A stretch of DNA of 64,000 bases from positions 36,065 through 100,064 of the forward strand of contig JANLPY010000421.1 in the NCBI GenBank assembly GCA_031367505.1. The letters are read 5' to 3'. Below the pieces are notes generated by a model. That model did not search any database. It had not been told where the DNA came from and saw nothing but the letters and a program-made list of their open reading frames with translations. The position numbers were made by a program, and so were the translations under genes. Every line of letters starts with the position of its first letter. Position 1 is the stretch's first letter. Below, piece after piece: positions 27,567 to 37,278 of the stretch. The stretch comes from Hyphomicrobiaceae bacterium (lineage in GTDB: Bacteria; Pseudomonadota; Alphaproteobacteria; Rhizobiales; Hyphomicrobiaceae).

Positions 27567-27633
27567 ATGCAGCAACCACGAGATTATCGCGTTGCTGCAT
27601 GGTGGGTCCCGGGGACAAGCCCCGGGATGACAG
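27567..27633. repeat. intra-operon palindrome plus REP-like element (GGTGGGTCCCGGGGACAAGCCCCGGGATGACAG)
   Basis: A 10-bp perfect stem ATGCAGCAAC/GTTGCTGCAT (27567-27600) is followed by a hairpin element at 27601-27633. The same family occurs at 39742-39884. Confidence 0.6.
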
Positions 27634-27638
27634 TTGAG

Positions 27639-28964
27639 TTATTCAACCTTCGAGCAGTCGCGCGGCTCGATCTTTCGCTCGGCGGCGTACTTCGTCGCGG
27701 TCTCCTTGATCATCGGGCCGATTACAGCGTTGTCCGCTGTGTACCAATCCGAGATCACCTTCCAGGCCTTGCCGTCCCACTGGTGGACCTTGGCCTTGGC
27801 CGCGCCGCCTTCGTGATCAGCACACGAGAACTTCAGTGGCAGAAGCATGCCGTCAAAGCCGAGCTCCTTGATGCGCTCCGCCGTCAAGTTCAGGTTTTCC
27901 ATGCCCCAGCGAACTTGCTCGCTGGTGAGCGGCTTGTTGCCATATTTCTTCTGGGCGGTACGGATCGACTCGACACCGATCATCGAGTTGATCAGGCCGC
28001 GATTGTAAAGCACTTGGCCAACTTCTTCTGGCTTCGCCTGGGTCTTGCCCTTGGCAATCACGTGCTTCTCGATATCGGCATGGATTGCGCCCTTGCCAGC
28101 GGTGTGATGCAGCATCAGTGCTTTGTAGCCGGTTGCTTGGTCGCCAGCGGGCGTTACGTCAGGCTCGGCACCTGACCACCACACGCCGATGATCTTGTCA
28201 CGCGGATAGGCGACGGCGGCGGCCTCCTTGATCGAGGTCGAGTTCATCACGCCCCAGCCCCAAAGCAACACGAAATCGGGCTTGTCCTGACGGATCGACA
28301 ACCATTGCGACTTTTGCTCGACACCGGGATGGGTGACGGGAATGGCCTTGAATTCGAAGCCGTTGAGCTTGGCGCGTGCTTCGAGAACCGCGATCGGCTC
28401 CTTGCCGTAGGGGCTGTCATGATAGACGAGGCTGATCTTCTTGCCCTTGAGCTTGTCGAGGCCGCCAAATTCCTTGGCGACGTGCTGGATCGCAATGTCG
28501 GCCGCCGTCCAATAGGTGCCGACGGCTGGGAAGTTCCAGGCGAACACCGAGCCATCGCGGCTCTCAGAACGGCCATAGCCCAGGGTCAGCACCGTCATCT
28601 TGTCGCCGGGCGCCTTCTCGGTCAGCGCGAAGCTGATGCCGGTCGACAGTGGCGAGAAGTAACCGGCGCCAGTCGAGCCCTTGCCTTTGAGGCGCTCGTA
28701 GCACTCGACGCCCTTGTCGGTGGCGTAGCCGGTTTCGCATTCCTCGAACACGATCTTGACGCCGTTGATGCCGCCATCGCGCTCGTTGATCATGGTCCAA
28801 TAATCGGCAACGCCGTTGGCGAACGGAACGCCATTGGGTGCGTAGGGACCGGTGCGATAGACGAGGGCTGGCAGGAACTGCTCGTTCGCCTGGGCCATCG
28901 CTTCACCGGCCATCGCAACGCCGCCGAGTGCGGCGAGCGTTAGGCCAAGTAGTTTGCGGGACAT
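27639..28964 (-). CDS. Liv-type (type I PBP) ABC transporter substrate-binding protein
   Basis: Signal peptide MSRKLLGLTLAALGGVAMAGEAMAQ, a ~440-aa periplasmic binding fold, and location among the liv-like permease/ATPase genes. Confidence 0.9.
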   Translation of the reverse strand: MSRKLLGLTLAALGGVAMAGEAMAQANEQFLPALVYRTGPYAPNGVPFANGVADYWTMINERDGGINGVKIVFEECETGYATDKGVECYERLKGKGSTGAGYFSPLSTGISFALTEKAPGDKMTVLTLGYGRSESRDGSVFAWNFPAVGTYWTAADIAIQHVAKEFGGLDKLKGKKISLVYHDSPYGKEPIAVLEARAKLNGFEFKAIPVTHPGVEQKSQWLSIRQDKPDFVLLWGWGVMNSTSIKEAAAVAYPRDKIIGVWWSGAEPDVTPAGDQATGYKALMLHHTAGKGAIHADIEKHVIAKGKTQAKPEEVGQVLYNRGLINSMIGVESIRTAQKKYGNKPLTSEQVRWGMENLNLTAERIKELGFDGMLLPLKFSCADHEGGAAKAKVHQWDGKAWKVISDWYTADNAVIGPMIKETATKYAAERKIEPRDCSKVE

Positions 28965-29098
28965 CGTGTCTCTCCTCCTGAGTTGATCTTGCCGGCACCG
29001 CCGGGAACCTTTTTGATGCGAGCCTTATTATTGGTTTTAACCCTGCGCCGCCGCTCCACTTTGCGGCACATTGTTTCGATCGAGGGAATTTGGCCGCG

Positions 29099-30187
29099 TT
29101 AATGCGGGAACGGCCAAAGCCTCAATTTCTCCTTCGCCAGCGACCAGAGCTTCGCAAATCCATGCGGCTCTTTGATCAGCAGATAGCAGATCAACGCGCC
29201 GGTCACGATGAACACCAGGTGCGATACCGTCTCGACCGAGACCGGAATGCCGAGCGCATGCGGTACCTGATCGAGCAGGATCGGCAGGATCAAGATGAAT
29301 GCTGCACCCAGGAACGAGCCCAAGATCGAACCCAGGCCGCCGATGATCACCATGAATAAAATCTGGAACGATCGGTCAATGTTGAATGTCAGCGGCTCCC
29401 ACGATCCCAAGTGGATGAAAGCCCACAGCGCGCCAGCAACGCCGATGATGAACGACGATATCGCGAATGCCGTGAGCTTGGCGTATAGCGGCCGGATGCC
29501 CATGATCTCGGCCGCTATGTCCATGTCGCGGATCGCCATCCATTGGCGGCCGACCGAGCCACGCACCAGGTTCTTGGCCAGCAGCGCGAACACGGTAACA
29601 AACGTCAGGGTCAGCATGTAGCGTTCGAGCGGTGTGCTCACCAGATAGCCGAGGAACTTCAGCTCCGGGGCGTTGACCGATCCGGATGGCGTGTAGTTGG
29701 TGAACCACTTCACGCGGATGAACAGCCAGTCGAAAAAGAACTGCGCGGCGAGTGTCGCGACCGCTAAATAGAGCCCCTTGATGCGCAAGCTCGGAATTCC
29801 GAACAGGATTCCGACCACGGCCGACGCGCCGCCACCCAGCAGGATTGCGATCACCAATGGCAAGCCGGGCACCCGCAGCGCGAAGTTATACGAGGCGTAT
29901 GCGCCAATCGCCATGAAGGCGCCGGCGCCGAGCGAGATCTGCCCGCAGTAGCCGATCAGGATGTTCAGGCCGATCGCCGCAAGTGACAGGATCAGGAACG
30001 GGATCAGTAGGGCCTTGTAGATGTAGTCGTGGCCGAATGGGCCGACATTAAAAAGCGTCAGCAGCGGCACGCCAACGAAGGCGAACAACAGCACGATGCC
30101 CAGTCCGATCCGGTCCTGACGGATTGGAAACATCGACATATCGGCGGCGTAGGTCGCTTTGAACTGACCGTTCTCGCGGTAGAACAT
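29099..30187 (-). CDS. branched-chain-type ABC transporter permease (LivM-like)
   Basis: Polytopic membrane protein with the LivM-like GQISLGAGAFMAIGAY motif. Confidence 0.9.
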   Translation of the reverse strand: MFYRENGQFKATYAADMSMFPIRQDRIGLGIVLLFAFVGVPLLTLFNVGPFGHDYIYKALLIPFLILSLAAIGLNILIGYCGQISLGAGAFMAIGAYASYNFALRVPGLPLVIAILLGGGASAVVGILFGIPSLRIKGLYLAVATLAAQFFFDWLFIRVKWFTNYTPSGSVNAPELKFLGYLVSTPLERYMLTLTFVTVFALLAKNLVRGSVGRQWMAIRDMDIAAEIMGIRPLYAKLTAFAISSFIIGVAGALWAFIHLGSWEPLTFNIDRSFQILFMVIIGGLGSILGSFLGAAFILILPILLDQVPHALGIPVSVETVSHLVFIVTGALICYLLIKEPHGFAKLWSLAKEKLRLWPFPH

Positions 30188-30208
30188 GGGGTCGTATCCT
30201 TCAACTTT

Positions 30209-31138
30209 TCAGATGCGCTCGATAATGCGCTCGCCGAACAGGCCTTGCGGCCGCACGAGCAGCACGCAGAGTGCCAAGACATAAGCGAACCAGTATTCGA
30301 TACCGCCCCCCATCATCGGCCCGAGATATGCCTCGGCGAGTTTCTCGCCGGCACCGATAATCAGGCCGCCGATGATGGCGCCAGGCACCGAAGTAAAGCC
30401 GCCGACGATGAGAACTGGCAGTGCCTTCAAGGCAAGGAAGGTGATCGAGAACTGCACGCCGAGCTTGGTGCCCCACACGGTTGCGGCGACGAGGGCGACG
30501 AGACCGGCGACCAACCAAACCACGAACCAGATCCAACCGATCGGGATGCCGACAGATTGAGCGGCAGCATGATCATCGGCGACAGCACGAAGCGCGCGCC
30601 CGGTCTTGGTGCGCTGGAAAAACACCGCCAGCACCACCACAAGCGCGCCAGCGATCAAGCCGCCCCACACGTCGAGCTTGTTGATCAGGATGCCGCCGTC
30701 GAACACGCTCTCCAGCGCGAACCAGGCATCGGTCGGGTAGAGCTTGAGCGGATAAACGTCCGAACCGAAAATCAACTGCGCCGCACCCTCGATGATGAAG
30801 GTGGCGCCAATCGTCGACATGAAAAGCGTCAGGCCGTCCTGATTGATCAGCGGTCCGAGCACGAAGCGTTGGATCAGCCACGCAGTCGCGGCCATGACGA
30901 GACCAGCGAATATCAAAGCCAGCACGACCGCAGCGGCGAACGGCAAGCCGTGCGCGACGAAGAAATCGAGCGAACGCACCAGTGCAAGTCCGGCGAGTAA
31001 CACCATCGCGCCTTGCGCGAAGTTGAACACGCCGGATGCCTTGTAGATCAGCACGAAGCCGAGGGCGACGAGCGAATAGAGTACGCCGGCCAACAGACCA
31101 CCGCTCAAGACCTCGATGAAATTACCTAAAGCTACCAC
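30209..31138 (-). CDS. branched-chain-type ABC transporter permease (LivH-like)
   Basis: Polytopic membrane protein with the LivH-like start GLLAGVLYSLVALGFVLIYKASGVFNFAQG. Confidence 0.9.
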   Translation of the reverse strand: MVALGNFIEVLSGGLLAGVLYSLVALGFVLIYKASGVFNFAQGAMVLLAGLALVRSLDFFVAHGLPFAAAVVLALIFAGLVMAATAWLIQRFVLGPLINQDGLTLFMSTIGATFIIEGAAQLIFGSDVYPLKLYPTDAWFALESVFDGGILINKLDVWGGLIAGALVVVLAVFFQRTKTGRALRAVADDHAAAQSVGIPIGWIWFVVWLVAGLVALVAATVWGTKLGVQFSITFLALKALPVLIVGGFTSVPGAIIGGLIIGAGEKLAEAYLGPMMGGGIEYWFAYVLALCVLLVRPQGLFGERIIERI

Positions 31139-31161
31139 GCGAGTGCTCTCCTACTTGTTTT

Positions 31162-31313
31162 CCCTCTCCCCGTCTCTTTACGGGGAGAGGGCAGAGGCCC
31201 GTTTGGCATTTCGCCAAAAGGGCCGAGGGTGAGGGGCGGCTACTTGCTCAGTGCCTGTTGCTGCCCCTCACCCCAGCCCTCTCCCCGTTCCAGTGCAGTG
31301 AACGGGGAGAGGG
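31162..31313. repeat. cluster of four consecutive hairpins (CCCTCTCCCCG / GGGTGAGGGGC family REP-like element) between livG-like and livH-like genes
   Basis: Stems lie at 31162-31191, 31196-31224, 31227-31273 and 31277-31313. The first and last share the CCCTCTCCCCG...CGGGGAGAGGG arms. Confidence 0.7.
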
Positions 31314-31322
31314 AGAATTAAA

Positions 31323-32135
31323 TCAATGCGCAACGCCCAGATAAGCGTCGATGACCTTCTGATCCGCTTGCACTACGTCCGGTGTGCCGTCGGCGATTTT
31401 CTGGCCGTAGTCGAGCACGACGACCCGATCCGACAGATCCATCACCACGCCCATGTCGTGCTCGATCAGCGCCATCGTGGTGCCCATCTGCCGATTGATG
31501 TCGATGATGAACCGGCTCATGTCCTGCTTCTCTTCGAGGTTCATGCCGGCCATCGGCTCGTCGAGGAGTAGCAATTCAGGCTCCATCGCCAGAGCACGGC
31601 CTAGTTCGACGCGCTTCTGCAGACCGTAAGGCAGTTTGCCCACAGGGGTCTTGCGGATCGCGTTGATCTCGAGGAAATCGATAATCTTCTCGACGACTTC
31701 GCGATGGCGCACTTCCTCGTCCAGCGCAGGGCCCATACGCAGCATTTGCCAGCCGATCCCCTTGTTCATTTTCAAGGTGCGTCCGGTCATGATGTTGTCG
31801 AGCGTGGTCATGCCTTTGAACAAAGCGACGTTCTGGAACGTGCGTGCGATGCCTTGGCTGGCCGCGATATACGGGCGCATTTGTTGGCGCTGTTCGCCCT
31901 TGTAGGTGATGGTACCGACTTGCGGGTGGTAAAAGCCGTTGATGACGTTGAGCATCGACGTCTTGCCGGCGCCATTCGGCCCGATGATCGCCCGGATCTC
32001 ACCGCGCTTGATGTCGAACGATACGCCACGGATGGCTTTCACGCCGCCGAATGACAACGATACGTCTTTCACCGCTAGAATGATGTCTTCTTTAGCTGGG
32101 GGCGCATTTTTCGATTGATCGACGTCGGCTTTCAT
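31323..32135 (-). CDS. branched-chain-type ABC transporter ATP-binding protein (LivG-like)
   Basis: Walker A GPNGAGKTS, signature LPYGLQKRVEL, Walker B LLLDEPMAG. Confidence 0.9.
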   Translation of the reverse strand: MKADVDQSKNAPPAKEDIILAVKDVSLSFGGVKAIRGVSFDIKRGEIRAIIGPNGAGKTSMLNVINGFYHPQVGTITYKGEQRQQMRPYIAASQGIARTFQNVALFKGMTTLDNIMTGRTLKMNKGIGWQMLRMGPALDEEVRHREVVEKIIDFLEINAIRKTPVGKLPYGLQKRVELGRALAMEPELLLLDEPMAGMNLEEKQDMSRFIIDINRQMGTTMALIEHDMGVVMDLSDRVVVLDYGQKIADGTPDVVQADQKVIDAYLGVAH

Positions 32136-34129
32136 TCCGCAGCCTCCTTGACGGGGGTCTGCGACGCGTATGCGTGCAGCTTCATATCGACGATCCGCAC
32201 ATCACCCTCGATCATGCCCTTGCGACCGTCTTCGAAGGTGACTTCGGTGCGGATGCTGGCGCGCGGCGAGCCGTCGTAGAGCGCCTTGATGAACGGCGCG
32301 TAGCGGTCGGCGATGAAGGGGCGGCGAACTTTCTGCGTGCGCGTGAGTTCGCCATCGTCGGCTTCAAGCTCTTTATGTAAAATCAGAAACCGCTTGATCT
32401 GCGAGCCAGCAACGCGGGGCTCTTTCGACAGCGCCACATTGAGTTCGTCCACCCGGCGCTCGATCATCGCGTAGACTTCCGGGTGCGACGCCAATTCCTG
32501 GTAACTGGCATAAATCACGTTGTTTCGCTCGGCCCAACTGCCGACCGACACGAGATCGATGTTGATGAACATCGTCACGTAATCACGGCCATCGCCGAAG
32601 GCCACGGCTTCCTTGATTTCGGGGTAGAACTTGATGCGGTTCTCGAGATACTTCGGCGAGAACAACTCGCCATTGTTCAAATGCCCGACATCCTTCGCCC
32701 GGTCGATGATGCAAAGGTGGCCGCGTCCATCGATAAAGCCGGCATCGCCGGTGCGGACCCAACCGTCGGCGGTCTTGGTCTCGGCTGTGGCCTCATCATT
32801 CTTGTAGTATTTTTGGAATACGCCCGGGCTCTTGAACAGTACCTCGCCATTGTCGGCGATTTTGATTTCCACGCCTGGACCGGGCTTGCCAACCGTCTCC
32901 GGGTGGACTTCGCCGTCGGGTTGCAGGGTAATGAACACGCTGGCTTCAGTCTGCCCGTACAACTGTTTGAGATTGATGCCGAGCGACCGGAAGAACGAAA
33001 ATAACTCGGGTCCGATCGCCTCGCCGGCCGTGTAAGCCACGCGCAGGTTGGACAGCCCCATGCGATTGCGGAGTGGCGCGTAGACGAGTTTGTCGCCGAT
33101 CGCGTATAGGAGCCGGTCCGCAGCGGGAATGTCTTGGCCATTGAGCCGCTTTTCACCGGCGCGTTTGGCGACTTCCAGAAAGTACTTGAACATCGCTTTT
33201 TTGGCGGGCCCGACGTCTTCCATGCGCACCATGATCTGGGTCAGCATGTTCTCGAACACGCGCGGTGGCGCAAAGAACGACGTTGGTCCGATCTCGCGCC
33301 GGTCTTCGATCGCCGTTTCCGGGCTCTCGGGGCAGGCGACGCAGATACCGCCAGCAAACGCTTGGCCGTAGGAGAAAATATGATCGCCAACCCATGCCAT
33401 CGGCAGGTAGGCAACCATAGTGTCGTCGGCGGTATAGTGATCGAAGATGTTGGCGTTCTGGCCAGAGAGTACGACGTTGTCGTGGCTGAGCATCACACCT
33501 TTGGGCCGCCCAGTGGTGCCGGAAGTGTAGAGCATAACGCTGGTATCGCTGCCTTTGCCGAGTGCGATCTCGGCTTCCCACCAATTGGCGAGCTCTGGCT
33601 TCCGGCGCAGCTCGTCGCGACCGATGGCTTGAATGTCGGCAAATGACTGGAGCTGCTTGTGGTCGTAGCCTTTGAGGCCGCGGGGATTACAGTAGGCCAT
33701 ATAGCGTAACGTTGGTACGCGGTCGGCGATCGATTGCAGTTTGTCGACCTGCTCCTGGTTCTCGACGATGGCGAAAGCGGTCTCGGCGTGGGTCAGAACG
33801 TAGGCGATCTCATCGGCGACCGAGTCTTGATAGACCGGTACGGGGATCGCGCCGAGCGCTTGCGCGGCCGTGAATGCCCAATAAAGCCGAGGGCGGTTGT
33901 CACCGACAATTGCGACTGTCTCGCCACGTTTCAGGCCAAGAACATAGAGTCCAATCGAGAGGGCGCGGACTTCTTCCAGTGCCTGCGCCCAGGTCCAGGT
34001 TTGCCAGATGCCGAGATCCTTCTCGCGCATGGCTGGGCGATCACCGAATATGGCGGCGTTGCGCAACAATAACTTTGGAATCGTATCGTGCGCCGTTTCA
34101 ATGGTTCGGGACGCTGTCGTCTCGCTCAC
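32132..34129 (-). CDS. AMP-dependent synthetase/ligase (long-chain-fatty-acid--CoA ligase-like)
   Basis: AMP-binding motif MLYTSGTTGRPKGVML and YGQTE. The stop overlaps the livG-like start. Confidence 0.9.
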   Translation of the reverse strand: MSETTASRTIETAHDTIPKLLLRNAAIFGDRPAMREKDLGIWQTWTWAQALEEVRALSIGLYVLGLKRGETVAIVGDNRPRLYWAFTAAQALGAIPVPVYQDSVADEIAYVLTHAETAFAIVENQEQVDKLQSIADRVPTLRYMAYCNPRGLKGYDHKQLQSFADIQAIGRDELRRKPELANWWEAEIALGKGSDTSVMLYTSGTTGRPKGVMLSHDNVVLSGQNANIFDHYTADDTMVAYLPMAWVGDHIFSYGQAFAGGICVACPESPETAIEDRREIGPTSFFAPPRVFENMLTQIMVRMEDVGPAKKAMFKYFLEVAKRAGEKRLNGQDIPAADRLLYAIGDKLVYAPLRNRMGLSNLRVAYTAGEAIGPELFSFFRSLGINLKQLYGQTEASVFITLQPDGEVHPETVGKPGPGVEIKIADNGEVLFKSPGVFQKYYKNDEATAETKTADGWVRTGDAGFIDGRGHLCIIDRAKDVGHLNNGELFSPKYLENRIKFYPEIKEAVAFGDGRDYVTMFINIDLVSVGSWAERNNVIYASYQELASHPEVYAMIERRVDELNVALSKEPRVAGSQIKRFLILHKELEADDGELTRTQKVRRPFIADRYAPFIKALYDGSPRASIRTEVTFEDGRKGMIEGDVRIVDMKLHAYASQTPVKEAAE

Positions 34130-34491
34130 TCAAATTCCTCCAAATACAATCAATCGGAGCTTTGGGCTCGTTTTTATGAGTGTGTACATGGGTGATCGGC
34201 GGTTATGCAAGTTAGCCTGAAGTACGATGGTAACTGAGCAGGATCGGTGCTGCACCTGAGCGCTTTGGCGGGGGTGTCACAAAATTGAGAACGACCGGCC
34301 TTAAACAACTCCCCATTCATCTCCATGGGTGGCGGTACGATGGGTCGCCGCGCGCCGGATCAGCAATTTCATGCTCACGTTCAACGTGAATTTGTAACAG
34401 CCTGGCTGCGGTTAAGCATCGTGCCCATTGCATCCTTGCAGCAATCTAGACTAACGCAAACCGGCCGCGCTGGCCGAGGGGACGCTTCAAA

Positions 34492-35481
34492 ATGCAAATT
34501 CGTTGCACAAAATTAACATTGCTGACGATCGCAACACTGTTTGCTCTGCCTAGCGTGACGATTGCCCAAGAAGGCAAACTTACGCTCTACACCAGTCAAC
34601 CGAATACGGATGCGCAGCAAACGATCGATGCGTTCAGGGCTAAATTTCCCAAGGTCGAGATGACGTACGTGCGTGATGGCACGCCTCGCGTCATGGCAAA
34701 ATTGCGTGCTGAAATCGAAGCCGGTCAACCGCAAGCCGATGTTCTGCTTATTGCCGATGCGGTGACTATGGCTGGACTGAAGGCAGAGGGGCTGTTGCTC
34801 GCGCACGACGCGGCCGATGTCAGCGCTTATCCAGCCGGTCTACATGACGGCGGCAAGTCGTGGTTCTCGACTAAGTTGATCACCACCGGCATCGTATACA
34901 ATACCAAAGCACCCTTTAAGCCGGCGTCGTGGCCGGATCTATTGAAGCCTGAAGCCAAGGGGCTTGTTGTCATGCCCAGCCCGCTGGCGTCTGGCGCGGC
35001 GTTGATCCATGCGGCAGCACTTACTGGCAATCTCGAAGGTGGCTGGTCCTACTACGAGAAACTGAAAGCCAATGGGGCGGTCGCGGCTCAAGGCAATGGC
35101 GATGTGTTGAAGCAAGTGGCCGGCGGCGAGAAGCTATTCGGCATGATTGTCGACTACTTGCCGATCCGCGAGAAAGCGAAGGGCTCCCCGCTTGAATTCG
35201 TGTTTCCAGCCGAGGGCGTGTCGGCCATCGGTGAGCCTGTAGCAATCCTCAAGAACACCAAGAACCCGGTCGCTGCCAAAGCGTTCGTCGATTTTCTGAT
35301 ATCGAGGGAAGGCCAAGAGTTGGCTGCACGCCAGGGTTATATCGCAGTGCATCCAGCCGTCGCCTTGCCGCCCGGATATCCAGATCGCAGTGCGATCAAG
35401 ATCTTGCATGTCGATGCTGCCAAAGCGCTCGCGAACGAAACCGCCAATAAGAAGAAGTTTGGCGAGATCTTTGGTCAGTGA
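34492..35481 (+). CDS. Fe3+-type (FbpA/AfuA-like) ABC transporter substrate-binding protein
   Basis: A signal peptide, then EGKLTLYTSQP...IDAFRAKFPKV, typical of family-1 iron(III)-type binding proteins. Confidence 0.8.
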   Translation: MQIRCTKLTLLTIATLFALPSVTIAQEGKLTLYTSQPNTDAQQTIDAFRAKFPKVEMTYVRDGTPRVMAKLRAEIEAGQPQADVLLIADAVTMAGLKAEGLLLAHDAADVSAYPAGLHDGGKSWFSTKLITTGIVYNTKAPFKPASWPDLLKPEAKGLVVMPSPLASGAALIHAAALTGNLEGGWSYYEKLKANGAVAAQGNGDVLKQVAGGEKLFGMIVDYLPIREKAKGSPLEFVFPAEGVSAIGEPVAILKNTKNPVAAKAFVDFLISREGQELAARQGYIAVHPAVALPPGYPDRSAIKILHVDAAKALANETANKKKFGEIFGQ

Positions 35482-37232
35482 GTGAACGGGGCGGGCCGTC
35501 GAGCGATTGGTTGCAACACGAAGGCCGCTGGCTCGAATGGTGCGTCGGGCTCATTGTTGCGGTGTTTTGCGCGGCACCGCTAGTCAGGTTGCTGTGGGGA
35601 GCGGTCTTCCGGCGGACAGGGTTCGATCTCGCCGCGATGGTCGAGAATCTGACATCGCGTTCCGCACTCATCGCCACGTTGCACACGATCGACGTTGGTT
35701 TGTTGTCGGCGCTGGGTGCAACCTTGCTCGGAGCCATTGTGGCAGTTGGGCTCGCTGCGACCGATATTCGTTGCAAGCGCGCGATCGCAATACTGTTCGT
35801 CGGATCGCTGCTGGTAGCGCCGCAGGTGATGGCGCTGGCCTTCAAAACTTTGGCTGGACCATCCTCGCCGTTGCTTGGTTTGCTGGGACTTGCACCGCCT
35901 CTGGGCACACCCAATCCGATGCTTGGCAAGTGGGGCATCGTTGCCGTTTTGACGCTGCATCACGCCCCCCTCGCCGCGATCACGATCGCGAGCGGCCTAC
36001 GTGCCATTCCGCAAAGCCTGATCGACGCGGCCCATATTGACGGCGCTTCACCCTGGCGGATTCTCAGGGCGGTGGTGCTGCCTCTGCTGCGTGTGCATTT
36101 GATCGCCGCCGGATTGCTGACGTTCGTCGCGGGGGCCGGTAATTTCGGCATTCCAGCGCTCCTTGGGGTGCAGGCAAACTACCTGACCCTCCCGACGCTG
36201 ATCTACCGGCAGCTGGCGAGCTATGGACCCTCGGTGTTGGCGGATGTGGCGGGGCTGTCGGTTCTTGCAGGCGTTGTTGCAGCGGCCGGCATCCTGTTGG
36301 CGGTTTTGATGCGACGACGCGAGCCGGCAACCATTCAAGCCGACGTTCGGTTTCGTCCGTTTTGGCGGCTTGGGGGTTGGCGACCGTTTGTCGAAGGTGG
36401 CATTGCGATACTGGTGTTGGTTGCGGCTATCCTGCCAGCGCTATCTCTCATCGCCACGGCTCTCGTTCCAGCTGCCGGCGTGAAGTTGAGTTTGGCCACC
36501 GCCACTTTGTCGAAGTTCCGCGAGGTTCTGGCAGTGCAGGATGTGACGGCACGGGCATTTCGAAACTCGTTCTTGTTTGCCGGTTGCACTGCGATCGTCG
36601 CAACCCTCCTGGGAATGCTCACCGCCTACGTCCTCGAACGGCGCATGAAGCGCGGCCGGACGATCGTCGCGTTGTTGATCCAATTGCCGTATGCGCTGCC
36701 CGGCGTGGTGCTCGCCATCGCGTGCATATTACTCCTGCTGCGGCCGTTGCCGCTGATTGGCGTCAGTCTTTACGGCACGCCCTGGATCATCCTGTTCGCC
36801 TATCTCGCGCGCTTCCTCGCGGTGCCGCTGGAGCCACTGCGTGCCGCGATGGCCTTGCTCGAACGTGACCAGGAGGAGGCCGCAGCGCTGTGCGGAGCAA
36901 CGCTTATCGAACGGCTGCGGTTTATCGTTCTTCCAGCGCTCCTACCGTCGATGGCGGCGGCGGGATTATTGGTGTTCCTGATGGCGTTCAACGAACTCAC
37001 GGTGTCGGCGCTGCTTTGGTCAGCCGGTACGGAAACGCTCGGTGTCGCACTCCTGAGCCTCGAGGACGCAGGTTTGAGCGGCGAGGCAGCAGCCGTGGCG
37101 GTCATCACGGCCATATTTGTCGGCGCGATTATTGCGGCTCTCAATCGTCTGGAAGTATATTTGCCGGATGGAACGTTACCCTGGGCGATGCTGGGCGCCA
37201 CGCCGCCGCTGGATTCTCATCTGCGCCCGTAG
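35478..37232 (+). CDS. Fe3+-type ABC transporter permease (FbpB-like, duplicated two-module permease)
   Basis: ~580-aa polytopic protein with two EAA loops (AAHIDGASPWRILRAVVLPL and a second around EEAAALCGATLIERLRFIVLPAL). Confidence 0.85.
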   Translation: MSERGGPSSDWLQHEGRWLEWCVGLIVAVFCAAPLVRLLWGAVFRRTGFDLAAMVENLTSRSALIATLHTIDVGLLSALGATLLGAIVAVGLAATDIRCKRAIAILFVGSLLVAPQVMALAFKTLAGPSSPLLGLLGLAPPLGTPNPMLGKWGIVAVLTLHHAPLAAITIASGLRAIPQSLIDAAHIDGASPWRILRAVVLPLLRVHLIAAGLLTFVAGAGNFGIPALLGVQANYLTLPTLIYRQLASYGPSVLADVAGLSVLAGVVAAAGILLAVLMRRREPATIQADVRFRPFWRLGGWRPFVEGGIAILVLVAAILPALSLIATALVPAAGVKLSLATATLSKFREVLAVQDVTARAFRNSFLFAGCTAIVATLLGMLTAYVLERRMKRGRTIVALLIQLPYALPGVVLAIACILLLLRPLPLIGVSLYGTPWIILFAYLARFLAVPLEPLRAAMALLERDQEEAAALCGATLIERLRFIVLPALLPSMAAAGLLVFLMAFNELTVSALLWSAGTETLGVALLSLEDAGLSGEAAAVAVITAIFVGAIIAALNRLEVYLPDGTLPWAMLGATPPLDSHLRP

Positions 37233-37278
37233 TAAGCCCGCTGCATAACGACGAAATCTGAACGCTCGGGAGCATCCT

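Noticed and set aside
25029-31313. The possibility that the repeated hairpin elements form a CRISPR array.
   Set aside because: There are only 2-3 copies per family, they are irregularly spaced over kilobases with genes in between, the repeats are internally palindromic over >100 bp, and there are no cas genes.
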